The notes: generated by a model from the letters alone, not told the origin. Shown: positions 13,196 to 23,147, numbered from the stretch's first letter. The stretch is DNA of 32,000 bases from Candidatus Chlorohelix allophototropha (GCF_030389965.1 NZ_CP128399.1:2670799-2702798), one strand, 5' to 3'. Program-made: numbers and translations.

Positions 13196-14539
13196 ATGAA
13201 TAGAATGTATTTCAACGCCGAAATAGAAACTATGCCCCGCGATGAGTTGCGGAAATTGCAACTGGAACGCCTTAAACAAACGCTTGGCTATGCTTATACA
13301 AAAGTGGCTTTCCATCAGCACCAGTTTCAACAAGCCAATGTTACGCCTGATTCGTTGCATACGCTGGAAGATTTGAACAAATTCCCCTTCATAACCAAAC
13401 CACAATTGCGAGAAAATTACCCGTTCGGGCTGTTCGCGGTCAAGCCCAACGATAAGGATAAAATAGTGCGTCTGCACGCTTCCAGCGGCACAAAAGGCAA
13501 ACCGACAGTAGTGGGTTACACCGCCCACGATATAGAAGTATGGGCGGAGAGTTGCGCCCGCGCAATCGCCTGCGCGGGAGGCAAACCCGGTGATGTGTTG
13601 CATGTGGCATATGGCTACGGGCTTTTCACGGGCGGGTTAGGCTTGCACTACGGAGGCGAGAAACTCGGCGCGTGTGTGATACCCGCATCTGGAGGCAATA
13701 CGCCACGTCAGATATTATTGATGCAAGATTTTCAAGCGCAAGGGCTGTGCTGTACCCCTAGTTATGCCTTGAATCTGGCAGAATATCTCAAAGAGCATAA
13801 TATCCCGTTGGAAAGTCTGAATCTCAAGTACGGTATTTTGGGTGCAGAACCCTGGACTGAGGAAATTCGGGTCAAGGTTGAGGAGGGCTTGGGCTTGATT
13901 GCGCTGGACATCTACGGGTTGAGCGAAATCACCGGACCGGGCGTATCAATGGAATGTCCGTACAAACAGGGCTTGCATATCTGGGAAGATTATTACCTAC
14001 CGGAAATAATAAACCCTGCTACCCTCGAACCCTTACCGGACGGTGAAATCGGCGAACTGGTCTTTACTACGCTGGCAAAAGAAGCCATCCCTATGATTCG
14101 TTACCGCACCGGCGACTTGTGTAACCTAACCTACGAAAAATGCGATTGCGGACGCACGCATGCCCGCATGGGCAAAATCAAAGGGCGCATAGATGACATG
14201 CTGATTGTGCGTGGCATCAATGTTTTCCCTTCCGAGATTGAGCGCGTGCTACTGGAATTTGAGGAACTCGCGCCACATTATCAGATTGTGCTGGAGCGCC
14301 CGGAAGTGCTGGATGTTGTGACGGTTCATTGCGAATCCACCACCGCCTTTACAGTGAGTGTCTTCGGAGATGCCGAGCATGACGAGGAACATCATCTTTT
14401 GAGCAGTTTGCGTCAACATATTATGTTGAAACTGAGAGAGGGTCTGGGAGTCAGTTTGCAGGTGAAAATCAACCCACCTCACACCATTCCCCGCAGCGAA
14501 GGCAAAGCGGTGCGCGTAGTGGATAATCGACCAAAATAA
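13196..14539 (+). CDS. paaK: Phenylacetate-CoA ligase
   Basis: N-terminus 'MYFNAEIETMPRDELRKLQLERLKQTL' is typical of PaaK. AMP-binding motifs 'SSGTKGKPT', 'YGLSE' and 'YRTGD' are present. The start may be ATG 13205 (MYFN...) rather than 13196. Confidence 0.9.
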   Translation: MNRMYFNAEIETMPRDELRKLQLERLKQTLGYAYTKVAFHQHQFQQANVTPDSLHTLEDLNKFPFITKPQLRENYPFGLFAVKPNDKDKIVRLHASSGTKGKPTVVGYTAHDIEVWAESCARAIACAGGKPGDVLHVAYGYGLFTGGLGLHYGGEKLGACVIPASGGNTPRQILLMQDFQAQGLCCTPSYALNLAEYLKEHNIPLESLNLKYGILGAEPWTEEIRVKVEEGLGLIALDIYGLSEITGPGVSMECPYKQGLHIWEDYYLPEIINPATLEPLPDGEIGELVFTTLAKEAIPMIRYRTGDLCNLTYEKCDCGRTHARMGKIKGRIDDMLIVRGINVFPSEIERVLLEFEELAPHYQIVLERPEVLDVVTVHCESTTAFTVSVFGDAEHDEEHHLLSSLRQHIMLKLREGLGVSLQVKINPPHTIPRSEGKAVRVVDNRPK

Positions 14540-14571
14540 AATTCTTATAGCTAATAATCGTGAGGAAAAAC

Positions 14572-14880
14572 ATGGTTGTTATGGTAGCGCTGTACAAAGA
14601 ACCCGCCAACCGGGCAGAATTTGATAAATATTATTGGGAAACACATTTGCTGCTTGCCGGAAAAATCCCCGGCTTGTTAAAAAGTGAAGTATGCACCTTT
14701 TACGAACTAGAGGGCGGGGGTGAGCTTCCCTATTACCTAATGACCAAACTTTATTTTAACAGCAAGGAAGAAATGGCAGCCGCTTTCGCCACCCCTGAAG
14801 GACGCGCTACCGCCAAAGACCTGCGGAATTTCACCACACCGAGCAGTGTCACCATCACTTACGCCGAAGTTAAAGAATAA
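14572..14880 (+). CDS. EthD-family (TIGR02118-like) small protein
   Basis: 'MVVMVALYKEPANRAEFDKYYWETHLLLAGKIPGL' fits the EthD-domain N-terminal pattern. ATG 14572 follows a GAGGAAAAAC SD. The upstream GTG 14560 in the track lies within the SD. Confidence 0.6.
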   Translation: MVVMVALYKEPANRAEFDKYYWETHLLLAGKIPGLLKSEVCTFYELEGGGELPYYLMTKLYFNSKEEMAAAFATPEGRATAKDLRNFTTPSSVTITYAEVKE

Positions 14881-14896
14881 GAAAGGGTATGGATAA

Positions 14897-15673
14897 ATGG
14901 GCTTTGAGAATATTATCTATGCGAAAGTGGGAGTAGGTATCGCTAAGGTAACGCTGAATCGCCCCGAAGCGATTAACGCTTACACGCTGCTGATGCTAGG
15001 CGAGATGGCAGAGGCGTTTGCACAAGCCAAAGCCGATTCTGAAGTTCGCACCGTTATTCTGACCGGGGCAGGGCGTGGTTTCTGCGCAGGGGCTGACCTA
15101 CGCACCACCAGCACAATGGATTTTGAGAACGCACTACGTACCTATTATCGCCCTATGATTGAAGGCATTACCGGAATGGGTAAACCTGTAATCGCAATGG
15201 TAAACGGAGTAGCAGCGGGCGCGGGTATGTCCACCACTCTCGCTTGTGATTTCCGGGTAGCAGCTACTAACACACGCTTTGTAACCGCCTTCTCTAAAAT
15301 AGGGTTAGTGCCAGACGCGGGTATGTCATACCATCTACCGCGCCTTATCGGAATTGCCCGCGCTCAGGAAATGATTTCTCTGAACCGGGATGTGAGCGGG
15401 GAAGAAGCGGTATCAATAGGCTTAGCAACCAAAGTAGTAGCCCCTGAAGAACTTGAAAAAGCTACGCTGGAAATGGCGCACTCGCTGGCTAATACCACTA
15501 CGCTGGCTTTTGGCATAACTCGCCAGATGTTGCATAGCGCCTTGCAGATGACTCTGGATGAAGCGTTGGCACAGGAAGAAAAGAATCAGGCAATTGCCGG
15601 AGCGAGCGAAGATTTCAAAGAAGGGGTAGCCGCCTTTATGGAGAAACGCGCCCCAAATTTCAAAGGGAAGTAA
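14897..15673 (+). CDS. Enoyl-CoA hydratase/isomerase (crotonase family; PaaG/PaaF-like)
   Basis: Crotonase oxyanion-hole motifs 'ILTGAGRGFCAGADL' and 'IAMVNGVAAGAGMS'. Confidence 0.85.
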   Translation: MGFENIIYAKVGVGIAKVTLNRPEAINAYTLLMLGEMAEAFAQAKADSEVRTVILTGAGRGFCAGADLRTTSTMDFENALRTYYRPMIEGITGMGKPVIAMVNGVAAGAGMSTTLACDFRVAATNTRFVTAFSKIGLVPDAGMSYHLPRLIGIARAQEMISLNRDVSGEEAVSIGLATKVVAPEELEKATLEMAHSLANTTTLAFGITRQMLHSALQMTLDEALAQEEKNQAIAGASEDFKEGVAAFMEKRAPNFKGK

Positions 15674-15704
15674 TTTTTTGAAGTAGTTGTAAGGAGAAGT
15701 ACAA

Positions 15705-16523
15705 ATGGCAACCACTATTACTATGAGTGAAGCTGAGATTGAAGCGGCAATGCTGGCAAAAATCGAGAATGGCGAAAAGCTTGAGCCAAACGACCCGATG
15801 ACCGCCGAATACCGCGAGTTGCTGCTGAACCTGCTTACCATGCAAGCGGATAGCGAGCTTTCCGGCGGGTACGGCTATATCCCATGGATTAGCCAAGCGC
15901 CCACCATCGAGGAAAAATTGATTGTTGCCAATATTGTGCGGGACGAGATTTTGCATGGCAAACGCATGTATAAATTGCTGGAAGATTTGGGGGTAGAAGT
16001 CGATTCGCGTATCAGGGAAAACGATGAAGCTTTTCTGTATCGGCTGGACGATAACAGCGCCAACATCGGGACACAACGCGCCAAAACCGATAAGCGGGTT
16101 AACATCTTCTACTACCCGATTGAAACTTGGACTGATTTTATAATGTTCAATTTCTGCATGGATCGCGGAGCGGGTCACCAATTGCATGATGCGCTACATT
16201 GCAGCTACGCACCATGGGCGCGGGTCACCGAACAAATCTTCAAGGAAGAGGTAACACATGTGGCGCATGGCGAGAAGTGGGTAAAGAAATTGGCACAAGA
16301 CCCCGCAACCCGCGAGGAATGTCAGCAAACCTTTAACAAATGGTATCTGCGCACGATGAACATATTCGGGCGCGGTAACAGCCCCAAAAACGCGCTGTAT
16401 CGCAAATATCGCCTCAAGTTGCGCGATAACGATGAAGTGCGCGATACTTTTCATCGGGAAGTGGTTGAATTGGTTACAAAGTGGGGGCTGACCGTACCGG
16501 AATGGAAACCGGAGAATATATAA
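15705..16523 (+). CDS. PaaA/PaaC-family ferritin-like di-iron protein (phenylacetyl-CoA epoxidase subunit A-like)
   Basis: 'LLTMQADSELSG', 'RDEILHGKRMYKLLEDLG' and 'FKEEVTHVAHGEKW' give E..H di-iron ligand pairs in a PaaA-like context. AAGGAG SD 8 nt upstream. Confidence 0.7.
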   Translation: MATTITMSEAEIEAAMLAKIENGEKLEPNDPMTAEYRELLLNLLTMQADSELSGGYGYIPWISQAPTIEEKLIVANIVRDEILHGKRMYKLLEDLGVEVDSRIRENDEAFLYRLDDNSANIGTQRAKTDKRVNIFYYPIETWTDFIMFNFCMDRGAGHQLHDALHCSYAPWARVTEQIFKEEVTHVAHGEKWVKKLAQDPATREECQQTFNKWYLRTMNIFGRGNSPKNALYRKYRLKLRDNDEVRDTFHREVVELVTKWGLTVPEWKPENI

Positions 16524-16566
16524 CGAGCGTTATATATTCAGCCGAGAAAAATAAGGGAAATAGGCG

Positions 16567-17766
16567 ATGGAAGAAGCGGTAATTGTCTCGGCAGTGCGCA
16601 CCCCTATTGGGCGGTATGGAGGCGCATTGGCAACAGTGCGCCCGGATAATTTGGGCGCAATCGTTATTGCCGAAGCAATCAGGCGCACAGGTATAGAAGC
16701 AAGCATGGTTGAAGATGTAATCTTCGGCTGTGCCAATCAGTCGGGCGAAGATAACCGCAACGTGGCACGTATGAGCCTTTTGCTGGCAGGCTTGCCCATT
16801 GAAACGGCGGGTGTAACGGTGAATCGTTTGTGCGGTAGCGGACTGCAAGCGGTAAACGATGCGGCACGTGCCATCAAAGTGGGCGAGGGCGAGGTACTAA
16901 TAGCTGGCGGAGTAGAGAGTATGACCCGCGCTCCTTTTGTAATGGCAAAACCCACCGAGGCATGGCAGCGGGGCAACCCAACTTTGCATGATACTACGCT
17001 CGGTTGGCGTTTCATCAATCCGCGCCTTTCCGAGATGTACTACCCTTACAACATGGGCGAAACCGCCGAAAACGTGGTGGACAAGTATAAAATCAGTCGA
17101 GAAGATCAGGATTTGTTCGCCTACAATTCGCAGAAGCGCGCCACCAATGCTATCGGTGAGGGAAAGTTCAAAGCAGAGATTGTTCCGGTGAAAGTGCCCC
17201 AACGCAAAGGCGAACCGTTTCTGTTTGATACGGACGAACACCCCCGCGCCGATACTACTTTGGAAGCTCTTGCAAAACTCAAACCCGCTTTCCGCAAGGA
17301 TGGAACTGTAACCGCCGGAAATAGTAGCGGCATCAATGATGGGGCTGCTGCGCTGGTGCTGATGTCCGGCAGCAAAGCAGCACAATTGGGTTTGAAACCT
17401 TTGGCGCGGATAGTGACATCAGCGGTGGCAGGGGTTGACCCGGCTACTATGGGGCTTGGACCTATTCCTGCCAGTCGCAAGGCGTTGCAACGCGCCGGGC
17501 TTACGGTAGCTGACTTAGATTTAATTGAGATTAACGAAGCCTTTGCTAGCCAAAGCCTCGCATGTATGCGCGAACTAGGACTCGACCCCGAAAAGGTGAA
17601 CGTGAACGGCGGCGCAATCGCGCTAGGGCACCCGCTTGGTTGTAGCGGGGCGCGCATGCTTACTACTCTTTTATACGAGATGGAACGGCGCGGCTCAAGA
17701 TATGGGCTGGCGACTATGTGCATCGGGGTAGGGCAGGGCATCGCAACTATCATAGAACGACTATAA
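16567..17766 (+). CDS. Acetyl-CoA C-acyltransferase / 3-oxoadipyl-CoA-type thiolase (PaaJ/FadA-like)
   Basis: Thiolase active-site motifs '[12 protein letters not shown]' (Cys nucleophile), 'NEAFASQ' and '[20 protein letters not shown]'. Confidence 0.9.
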   Translation: MEEAVIVSAVRTPIGRYGGALATVRPDNLGAIVIAEAIRRTGIEASMVEDVIFGCANQSGEDNRNVARMSLLLAGLPIETAGVTVNRLCGSGLQAVNDAARAIKVGEGEVLIAGGVESMTRAPFVMAKPTEAWQRGNPTLHDTTLGWRFINPRLSEMYYPYNMGETAENVVDKYKISREDQDLFAYNSQKRATNAIGEGKFKAEIVPVKVPQRKGEPFLFDTDEHPRADTTLEALAKLKPAFRKDGTVTAGNSSGINDGAAALVLMSGSKAAQLGLKPLARIVTSAVAGVDPATMGLGPIPASRKALQRAGLTVADLDLIEINEAFASQSLACMRELGLDPEKVNVNGGAIALGHPLGCSGARMLTTLLYEMERRGSRYGLATMCIGVGQGIATIIERL

Positions 17767-17792
17767 ACTCCCTTATCTCCTGCTTTTAAAAG

Positions 17793-17824
17793 ACCCTCGG
17801 CTTGTTATTTTACCGAGGGTTTTT
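17793..17824 (+). terminator. Rho-independent terminator of the paa-type operon
   Basis: 8-bp stem accctcgg (17793-17800) / ccgagggt (17813-17820), a 12-nt loop, then TTTT. Confidence 0.7.
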
Positions 17825-17907
17825 AGTTTCTCCAATTTTATAACTTGTCGAGGATTAGTGCGTTTTATTATTTAGAGAATCAATTATTTACTCTTAAAGA
17901 GGTCAAT

Positions 17908-19767
17908 ATGAAAACTCCACTAATCCGGTTTGTATCAATCCTTCTTTTTACCGCGCTGTTGTTACCCCTTGTTACGCAACCAGTTTCTGCCACACAACCT
18001 TTTAAAATTTGGGAAGCAACCGCACTGGTTCTCAAGAATAGCGAGTCATATTGCCTTGATACCGGGCAACCGAATCGTATGCTGGTTTATCAGTATGACG
18101 CAACCACTACCACTTTAAAAGAAACTTATCTGGTTGATTTGAAAACCGGACAACGCACTTTTCTAAATAGCCATGCCTTTTCACAGTGCGCCCCCAACGG
18201 CATAGTTTACGCTGAACCGCAAGACCGCAACGATCCGGGCGTTTTTCGTTACAGTACCACAGAAACGGGCGAATCTAAGCTCGCCTACAAACCCACCTTC
18301 ATTGCGCTCGATGGCAGCCGTTATCTTTACAACTTTACCCCGGTTTCTAACAACGAAAGCCAAAAATCAAAAATTCTGGTGAGCCAAGATGGTGGCTTGA
18401 ACTGGCAAGAGATAGGACAGCAATTTAACGGTATGGTGCGTTCCTTTGTTGTAACCAACAGCGATGCTCGTTCAGCTTACGCGCTAGTACAAGACCCGCA
18501 AACAGGGTCTGATAGTACGCGTAATATTGCAATTTACCTCACTCAGGATGCCGGGGCAAGTTGGAGCAAACGTTTTGAAGGAACCGCGCCCTATGATTTC
18601 TCACGCGCCGGTATTGCGGTTTACCTGACTAATTTGAGCCAGAATCCACAAATACCTGTAAACGTTATCGGGCTTATATATGAGGGAGGTGGATTCGGTT
18701 CCAGCAATGTACGGGAACTAAAAGTATCCGTCAATGGCGCGGCTTCCTTTACCTCGCTAGGCTTCAATAGAATGTCAAGCGCCGTAACAGCTTATTATAG
18801 CAATGGGAAATTGCTACGAATTAGCAAAGGGTATCCTTATAGCCCGGCTAATACCAAACTGGATTATTCAAGTGATGGGGGTGTAAATTGGCAAAATTTG
18901 AGCTTACCGAACGAGTTGGCAAGTGGTAGCGATTATAGTGTTTATTTGCAATTTTACCAATCACCGGTAGTCACATCCAACATCTATGCCAGCCGCAAGG
19001 AGGGCATCTGGATGTCGCCTGATTTGGGGCAATCGTGGCAAAAAATAACCGGAAACCCGCCCGGTCTGGGGCTTATATTTTCACCTTACGCGCCTTCCCG
19101 AATTTATACATTGGGAGAAGACCAACGTTTCTACAGCCTAGATGTTTCCGAATACGACAAATCGCTTACAGCAGTAGCGCCTGATAACGACCTTTCCGGC
19201 GAGAATTTCTTTTTCCCTCAAACCGGGCATAACCTGAACGGGATATTCAAACAATACTGGCGGGACAAAGGTGGGCTAATGCAATTCGGTTACCCTCGCA
19301 CAGAGCCTTTCTATGAGGTCAATCCCGCCGATGGCAAAATCTATCTAGCGCAGTATTTCGAGCGCAACCGTTTTGAATACCATCCCGAATTGTCCGGGAC
19401 TCCCTACGAAGTGATGTTTGGTTTGCTGGGCAACCAGCTAACGGAACCGTTACGCCAAGCCGGGCATGGGGCATTCAACCGCTTCGAGGATATGCACTAT
19501 CCGAACGCAACATGGTTCCCCGAAACCGGGCATAACCTACGCAACTCTTTTAAAGGTTACTGGGAAAGTCACGGTGGACTGTTTATGTATGGCTATCCTA
19601 TCAGCGAGGAATATTACGAGCTTAACCCGGATGACGGTAAAAGCTACGTGGTACAATACTTTGAGCGGGCGCGCCTTGAATGGCATCCTGAGTTAAGCGG
19701 AACTCCATTTGGGGTGTTGATGGGCTTGCTGGGCAACGCTCTATTAAGAAACAAAGAGTGGCTATAA
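17908..19767 (+). CDS. Secreted BNR/Asp-box beta-propeller protein with two C-terminal ~78-aa repeat domains
   Basis: Signal peptide 'MKTPLIRFVSILLFTALLLPLVTQPVSA' begins at ATG 17908 (AAAGAGG SD), and the upstream TTG 17845 is rejected. Asp-box motifs: 'SQDGGLNWQ', 'TQDAGASWS', 'SSDGGVNWQ', 'SPDLGQSWQ'. Confidence 0.8.
   Translation: MKTPLIRFVSILLFTALLLPLVTQPVSATQPFKIWEATALVLKNSESYCLDTGQPNRMLVYQYDATTTTLKETYLVDLKTGQRTFLNSHAFSQCAPNGIVYAEPQDRNDPGVFRYSTTETGESKLAYKPTFIALDGSRYLYNFTPVSNNESQKSKILVSQDGGLNWQEIGQQFNGMVRSFVVTNSDARSAYALVQDPQTGSDSTRNIAIYLTQDAGASWSKRFEGTAPYDFSRAGIAVYLTNLSQNPQIPVNVIGLIYEGGGFGSSNVRELKVSVNGAASFTSLGFNRMSSAVTAYYSNGKLLRISKGYPYSPANTKLDYSSDGGVNWQNLSLPNELASGSDYSVYLQFYQSPVVTSNIYASRKEGIWMSPDLGQSWQKITGNPPGLGLIFSPYAPSRIYTLGEDQRFYSLDVSEYDKSLTAVAPDNDLSGENFFFPQTGHNLNGIFKQYWRDKGGLMQFGYPRTEPFYEVNPADGKIYLAQYFERNRFEYHPELSGTPYEVMFGLLGNQLTEPLRQAGHGAFNRFEDMHYPNATWFPETGHNLRNSFKGYWESHGGLFMYGYPISEEYYELNPDDGKSYVVQYFERARLEWHPELSGTPFGVLMGLLGNALLRNKEWL
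19207..19746 (+). repeat. Intragenic tandem duplication encoding two copies of a 'F.(P)(Q/E)TGHNL...F..YW...GG....GYP..E.(Y)YE.NP.DGK.Y..QYFER.R.E(Y/W)HPELSGTP..V..GLLGN' domain
   Basis: Copy 1 starts at 19207 (aa 455) and copy 2 at 19513 (aa 557), a period of 102 aa. The alignment can be read directly from the translated ORF. Confidence 0.8.
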
Positions 19768-19778
19768 ATAACGCAATT

Positions 19779-19813
19779 AAAAACCCCTCTCCTTTTTACA
19801 GAAGAGGGGTTTT
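19779..19813. terminator. Bidirectional rho-independent terminator between convergent genes
   Basis: Stem cccctct (19784-19790) / agagggg (19803-19809), flanked by AAAAA (19779-19783) and TTTT (19810-19813). Confidence 0.7.
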
Positions 19814-19840
19814 GTTATTTCAAAGATAACTTGTGCTGGA

Positions 19841-22795
19841 CTAGGATTTCCCGGTCTTTACACAAGTCATTACGTCTCGCCCAGCGTTGGCTACTATCTC
19901 TCTACCAGTAAAGTGGTGGACATAGAGACCAAATAAGGTGACCCCGTTCAATTTCAAACCATCTAACTGCATTGAACCGGGTAATAAAACGCCATTACCA
20001 TCTAGCTCCACACCGGGACCAGTTGAGCAACTACCAACAATAGTTGTGCCTTGATTGACGGTGGCGAAAGCAGCAGTAGGACTTGTTATAGTAACCTTGG
20101 TTACACTAAAGGTTATTATTTTATTGGTAGCGCTACCATTAGCTTGTGCAATTGCCCAAGATAATGTATTGGCGGTATTACCAGTACCGTCGTCAGTTCC
20201 TACACTCACAACCCACGGCGTAGCGCCCGGTGTGGTAAGTACACCCGCTTGTGGAGAAGGATCTGAAGCTCCATCGGATGTTGGCGCTGAAGCACGTACA
20301 AGGCTTGAATTAATTGCTTTTACCCGATATAGGTACAATTTACCAGCAGTTAGCCCGGTATCGCTGAACGTGGTAGTGGTTGGGCGACTGGCAGGGTTGC
20401 TAACTTCCGCCCAGCCTGAACTTACACCTACTTGCATACGCTCTACCACATAACTACTAGGAGAACCAGAGGGAGCAGTCCAATTCACCGTTAGAGTGGT
20501 GCCAGTAACACTTGTAAAGTTAACCGCTGTGGGCGGTGCAAAGGCAGTAGTAGCAGCGACAGACCCCGATGCGGTGCCGTTGCCAGACGAAAAACCTTGT
20601 ATCTGAATATTGTAGTTTGTGTTAGCGGCAAGACCGGTTGCTAAAAAACTGTCGGTCGCACCCGTGCCGGCAAGAGGCCCTACGCTAAAGGTAAGAACCG
20701 GAGAAGCGCCGATTTGGAAGATGATTCTATAACCGTCTTCAAAAGTTGAGTTATCAGTCCACTGAACCAATTCTTGACTGCTACCACGAGAAGCGGCAAT
20801 CACATTATTCGGGGCGGTAGGCGCTATTTCTGAGTACACAATATTGGAGTAATCAGAATAGATAGTGCCTTCCGTTGAGCTAGGAGCGGTTTCATAAGCC
20901 TTTACGCGGTAAAGGAAACAACACCCACCAGCCAAAGCGCTATCAGGATAACTGGTAACGTCACTTTGAGAAGGTCCTATTTGTGAAAAAACAGGGGGAG
21001 ACGTTAAAGTGCTACGCTCAACAATGTATCCTGTATTATGTGTTGAATTATCAGTCCAACCCACAGTAATAGAACTCGCAGTGGAAGTGACAGGTTGTAG
21101 ATTGGAAGGCGCATTCAGCACTGTAAATTGATGGGCAGAAGAAGAGACTAGATCACCTGCAGGCGCTCCCAACGCCGTCACCTGATATTCGTAGCCTGTA
21201 CCTTCTGATAAGCTCGTGTCATCAAAGCTGGTTTTTGTGTTGCCAGTAAAGGGACTGCCGGTTACCGATGTCCAAGTACCACCTGCCGGGTAAGGGCGAC
21301 GTTCAACTTTAATGCTTGTCGCGTTAGGCGAATTATTTTGCCAAGACAGAGTCAGAGAAGAATTTGTTACATTAGAGAAAGTCAGGTTCGAGGGTGCAGC
21401 ATCAAAATAGCCACCGCCTGCACCCGTTACTCTTGAAATGTAAAAACGGAAGCCCCCGGAGGTGGTTACTTTCTTACCTGCAATTGTCAGTTGATTATTG
21501 TACCAACCAATGCTGGCTCTATCAATATTGGTACTGGAATCGGCAACACTGCTGTTAACATCGCCGGGACCAAAGGTAACGCCACTATCGCTGGTATACA
21601 GGTAAAAAACCCCGCGAACGTTTACCTGGAAAGCAACATAGACTGAGCCGTCGCCCGTACTCACTGCCGAATAATATTTTATGAGATTATCGTAGTTATT
21701 GGGGTTAACAACATTAAGCGTGCCAGTTACGCAGCTTCTAGTCGGATTATTGATGGGGTTAACAGTATTCCCGGCAGAACCACTCCAGCCGGTTGTTTTG
21801 TCATATTTAATCATGCTGACACAGGTTTTCCCGGCAAAAACAAAGGCGTTGCCCTTGTTATCCACCCCAATACCGGGCCAAGGGGATAAACTTTCGAGGT
21901 TATAAGAATAAATTGGTCCCCATGCTCCACCTATCCGCGCGATTGTTTTGTGACAAGGGAACTTAGTGCCAGTGCTGGTAACCGAATAATCTTCTCCGCA
22001 ACGGTATGCTAAAAACAGGTTACCGTCCTTATCAGCCACCATATTAGGATATCTGAAGAAGGTAGTATCGGTTGGTGAAACCCCAACGCCGGAATTGCCA
22101 TTATTGATGGGGTCATTACCCCAGTTTGGGCTAAGAGCGCTGGTCTCGGTTACATCTATCCGCCAAGTATCACCATAATTTTTTCCGGTTTTGGCGCTAT
22201 AAGCTAGATATAGCTTATCAGGAGCATTCGGATATAAACTGGTGGTAAGTGATACATATTCGCAAATTAAGGCACCACATACATTGTTCATTATTTGTAT
22301 GCGTGAGGAAGGAGCCTCTACATAACTAGAGCCGTTCCAATTATATTTAACATAGTACAGCCTGTTTGATCTGCTATAGACAATGTGAAGGTCGCCACGG
22401 CGATCAAAAGCCCCGCTAAAGTTAGGGTAACTAACTCCACCATTAGGCCATGAGTTTACTTCGACATAACTGCTATAGTTATCATGGCTGGAAAAAAAGA
22501 AAACCCCACCCGTTGCACTAAAACTTATGGGGTTACTGTTAGGATTATCAGAACTGAAAAAGCCCAATACTACAGTATGCCCGGTTACAGGATTAATAAG
22601 AGTCTGTGGAAAATCCAGCGTTGCCATAAGCCCATTGGTAGGGACTTGTGGCTGAGGAGTCCAAGTTACGGCAGCATGGGTCTGGTTTGATGTGCTAAAA
22701 AAAGTGAGAAAACCGAGGAAGGCTATTAGCAAAAAGGCTATACCGCCGATTAAAAGAGTTCGGCGGCTCAAACGAGGCGATTCGGTTCTAACCAT
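19841..22795 (-). CDS. Large secreted/cell-surface protein: signal anchor, N-terminal beta-propeller-like region, four fibronectin type III domains, short C-terminal beta-helix-like segment
   Basis: N-terminal TM/signal 'RRTLLIGGIAFLLIAFLGFLTFF'. Four FN3 units begin 'APSNLTFSNVTNSSLTLSW', 'APSNLQPVTSTASSITVGW', 'APNNVIAASRGSSQELVQW' and 'PPTAVNFTSVTGTTLTVNW', each ending in a 'Y.Y.V.A'-type strand. AGAGGAGAG SD upstream of ATG 22795. Confidence 0.8.
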   Translation of the reverse strand: MVRTESPRLSRRTLLIGGIAFLLIAFLGFLTFFSTSNQTHAAVTWTPQPQVPTNGLMATLDFPQTLINPVTGHTVVLGFFSSDNPNSNPISFSATGGVFFFSSHDNYSSYVEVNSWPNGGVSYPNFSGAFDRRGDLHIVYSRSNRLYYVKYNWNGSSYVEAPSSRIQIMNNVCGALICEYVSLTTSLYPNAPDKLYLAYSAKTGKNYGDTWRIDVTETSALSPNWGNDPINNGNSGVGVSPTDTTFFRYPNMVADKDGNLFLAYRCGEDYSVTSTGTKFPCHKTIARIGGAWGPIYSYNLESLSPWPGIGVDNKGNAFVFAGKTCVSMIKYDKTTGWSGSAGNTVNPINNPTRSCVTGTLNVVNPNNYDNLIKYYSAVSTGDGSVYVAFQVNVRGVFYLYTSDSGVTFGPGDVNSSVADSSTNIDRASIGWYNNQLTIAGKKVTTSGGFRFYISRVTGAGGGYFDAAPSNLTFSNVTNSSLTLSWQNNSPNATSIKVERRPYPAGGTWTSVTGSPFTGNTKTSFDDTSLSEGTGYEYQVTALGAPAGDLVSSSAHQFTVLNAPSNLQPVTSTASSITVGWTDNSTHNTGYIVERSTLTSPPVFSQIGPSQSDVTSYPDSALAGGCCFLYRVKAYETAPSSTEGTIYSDYSNIVYSEIAPTAPNNVIAASRGSSQELVQWTDNSTFEDGYRIIFQIGASPVLTFSVGPLAGTGATDSFLATGLAANTNYNIQIQGFSSGNGTASGSVAATTAFAPPTAVNFTSVTGTTLTVNWTAPSGSPSSYVVERMQVGVSSGWAEVSNPASRPTTTTFSDTGLTAGKLYLYRVKAINSSLVRASAPTSDGASDPSPQAGVLTTPGATPWVVSVGTDDGTGNTANTLSWAIAQANGSATNKIITFSVTKVTITSPTAAFATVNQGTTIVGSCSTGPGVELDGNGVLLPGSMQLDGLKLNGVTLFGLYVHHFTGREIVANAGRDVMTCVKTGKS

Positions 22796-23147
22796 TAAAT
22801 AAACTCTCCTCTAAAGGTTGCCACAAATGACAATCTCTGGTAATTCATGCAGTTTGAAGCAGCTTGTGAAATGCAAGCTCAGCCTCATACTACAATCCCT
22901 CTTGGTTCATTTGTACAGGAGCTTTAAAGATCACGATGTCGAGTATATCACAAAGCTAATTTTCAATTATTAGATAGGCTCACAATAAATGCAGCCTACT
23001 TAGTAGTTAATTGTTATTATAACATACCTGAAAAAGCCGGGTTTCACTATAAAATAGGCTGTAAGAACAAAAACAATGCAGATTAGCTAAAAAGTACTAT
23101 GCCACTATTTAGCGATAGGGATATTTCTGAACACTTGTTTATGTAAC

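Noticed and set aside
16474-17753. Minus-strand ORFs inside the thiolase and PaaA-like genes (16474..16848, 16737..17018, 16897..17385, 17121..17753). Analogous antisense ORFs occur elsewhere (684..959, 3247..3660, 4747..5268, 7005..7460, 7552..7893, 8924..9412, 13142..13603, 15422..15841, 15660..16187, 20055..20453, 23211..23621, 31482..31939).
   Set aside because: Each lies fully within, and antisense to or out of frame with, a gene that has strong family-level motifs. Their translations are Arg/Ser/Pro-rich with no motifs, as is typical of shadow ORFs in moderately GC-rich coding DNA.
22965-23125. Possible M-box (ykoK-type) Mg2+ riboswitch upstream of the Mg2+ transport locus. Short strings loosely resemble conserved M-box segments: 'ttagataggctc' vs GUUAGGUGAGGCUC, and 'aatgcag...ctatgcca' vs AAUGCAGC...CUAUGCCA.
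   Set aside because: Only scattered partial matches were found, and I could not build the P1 helix or find the conserved 'ACAGUGCUAAAGCUC' 3' block. A near-consensus promoter (TTGTCA-N18-TATAAT, 23148-23177) lies downstream of the segment, so it would probably not be transcribed with the genes. A cmsearch with Rfam RF00380 would settle it.
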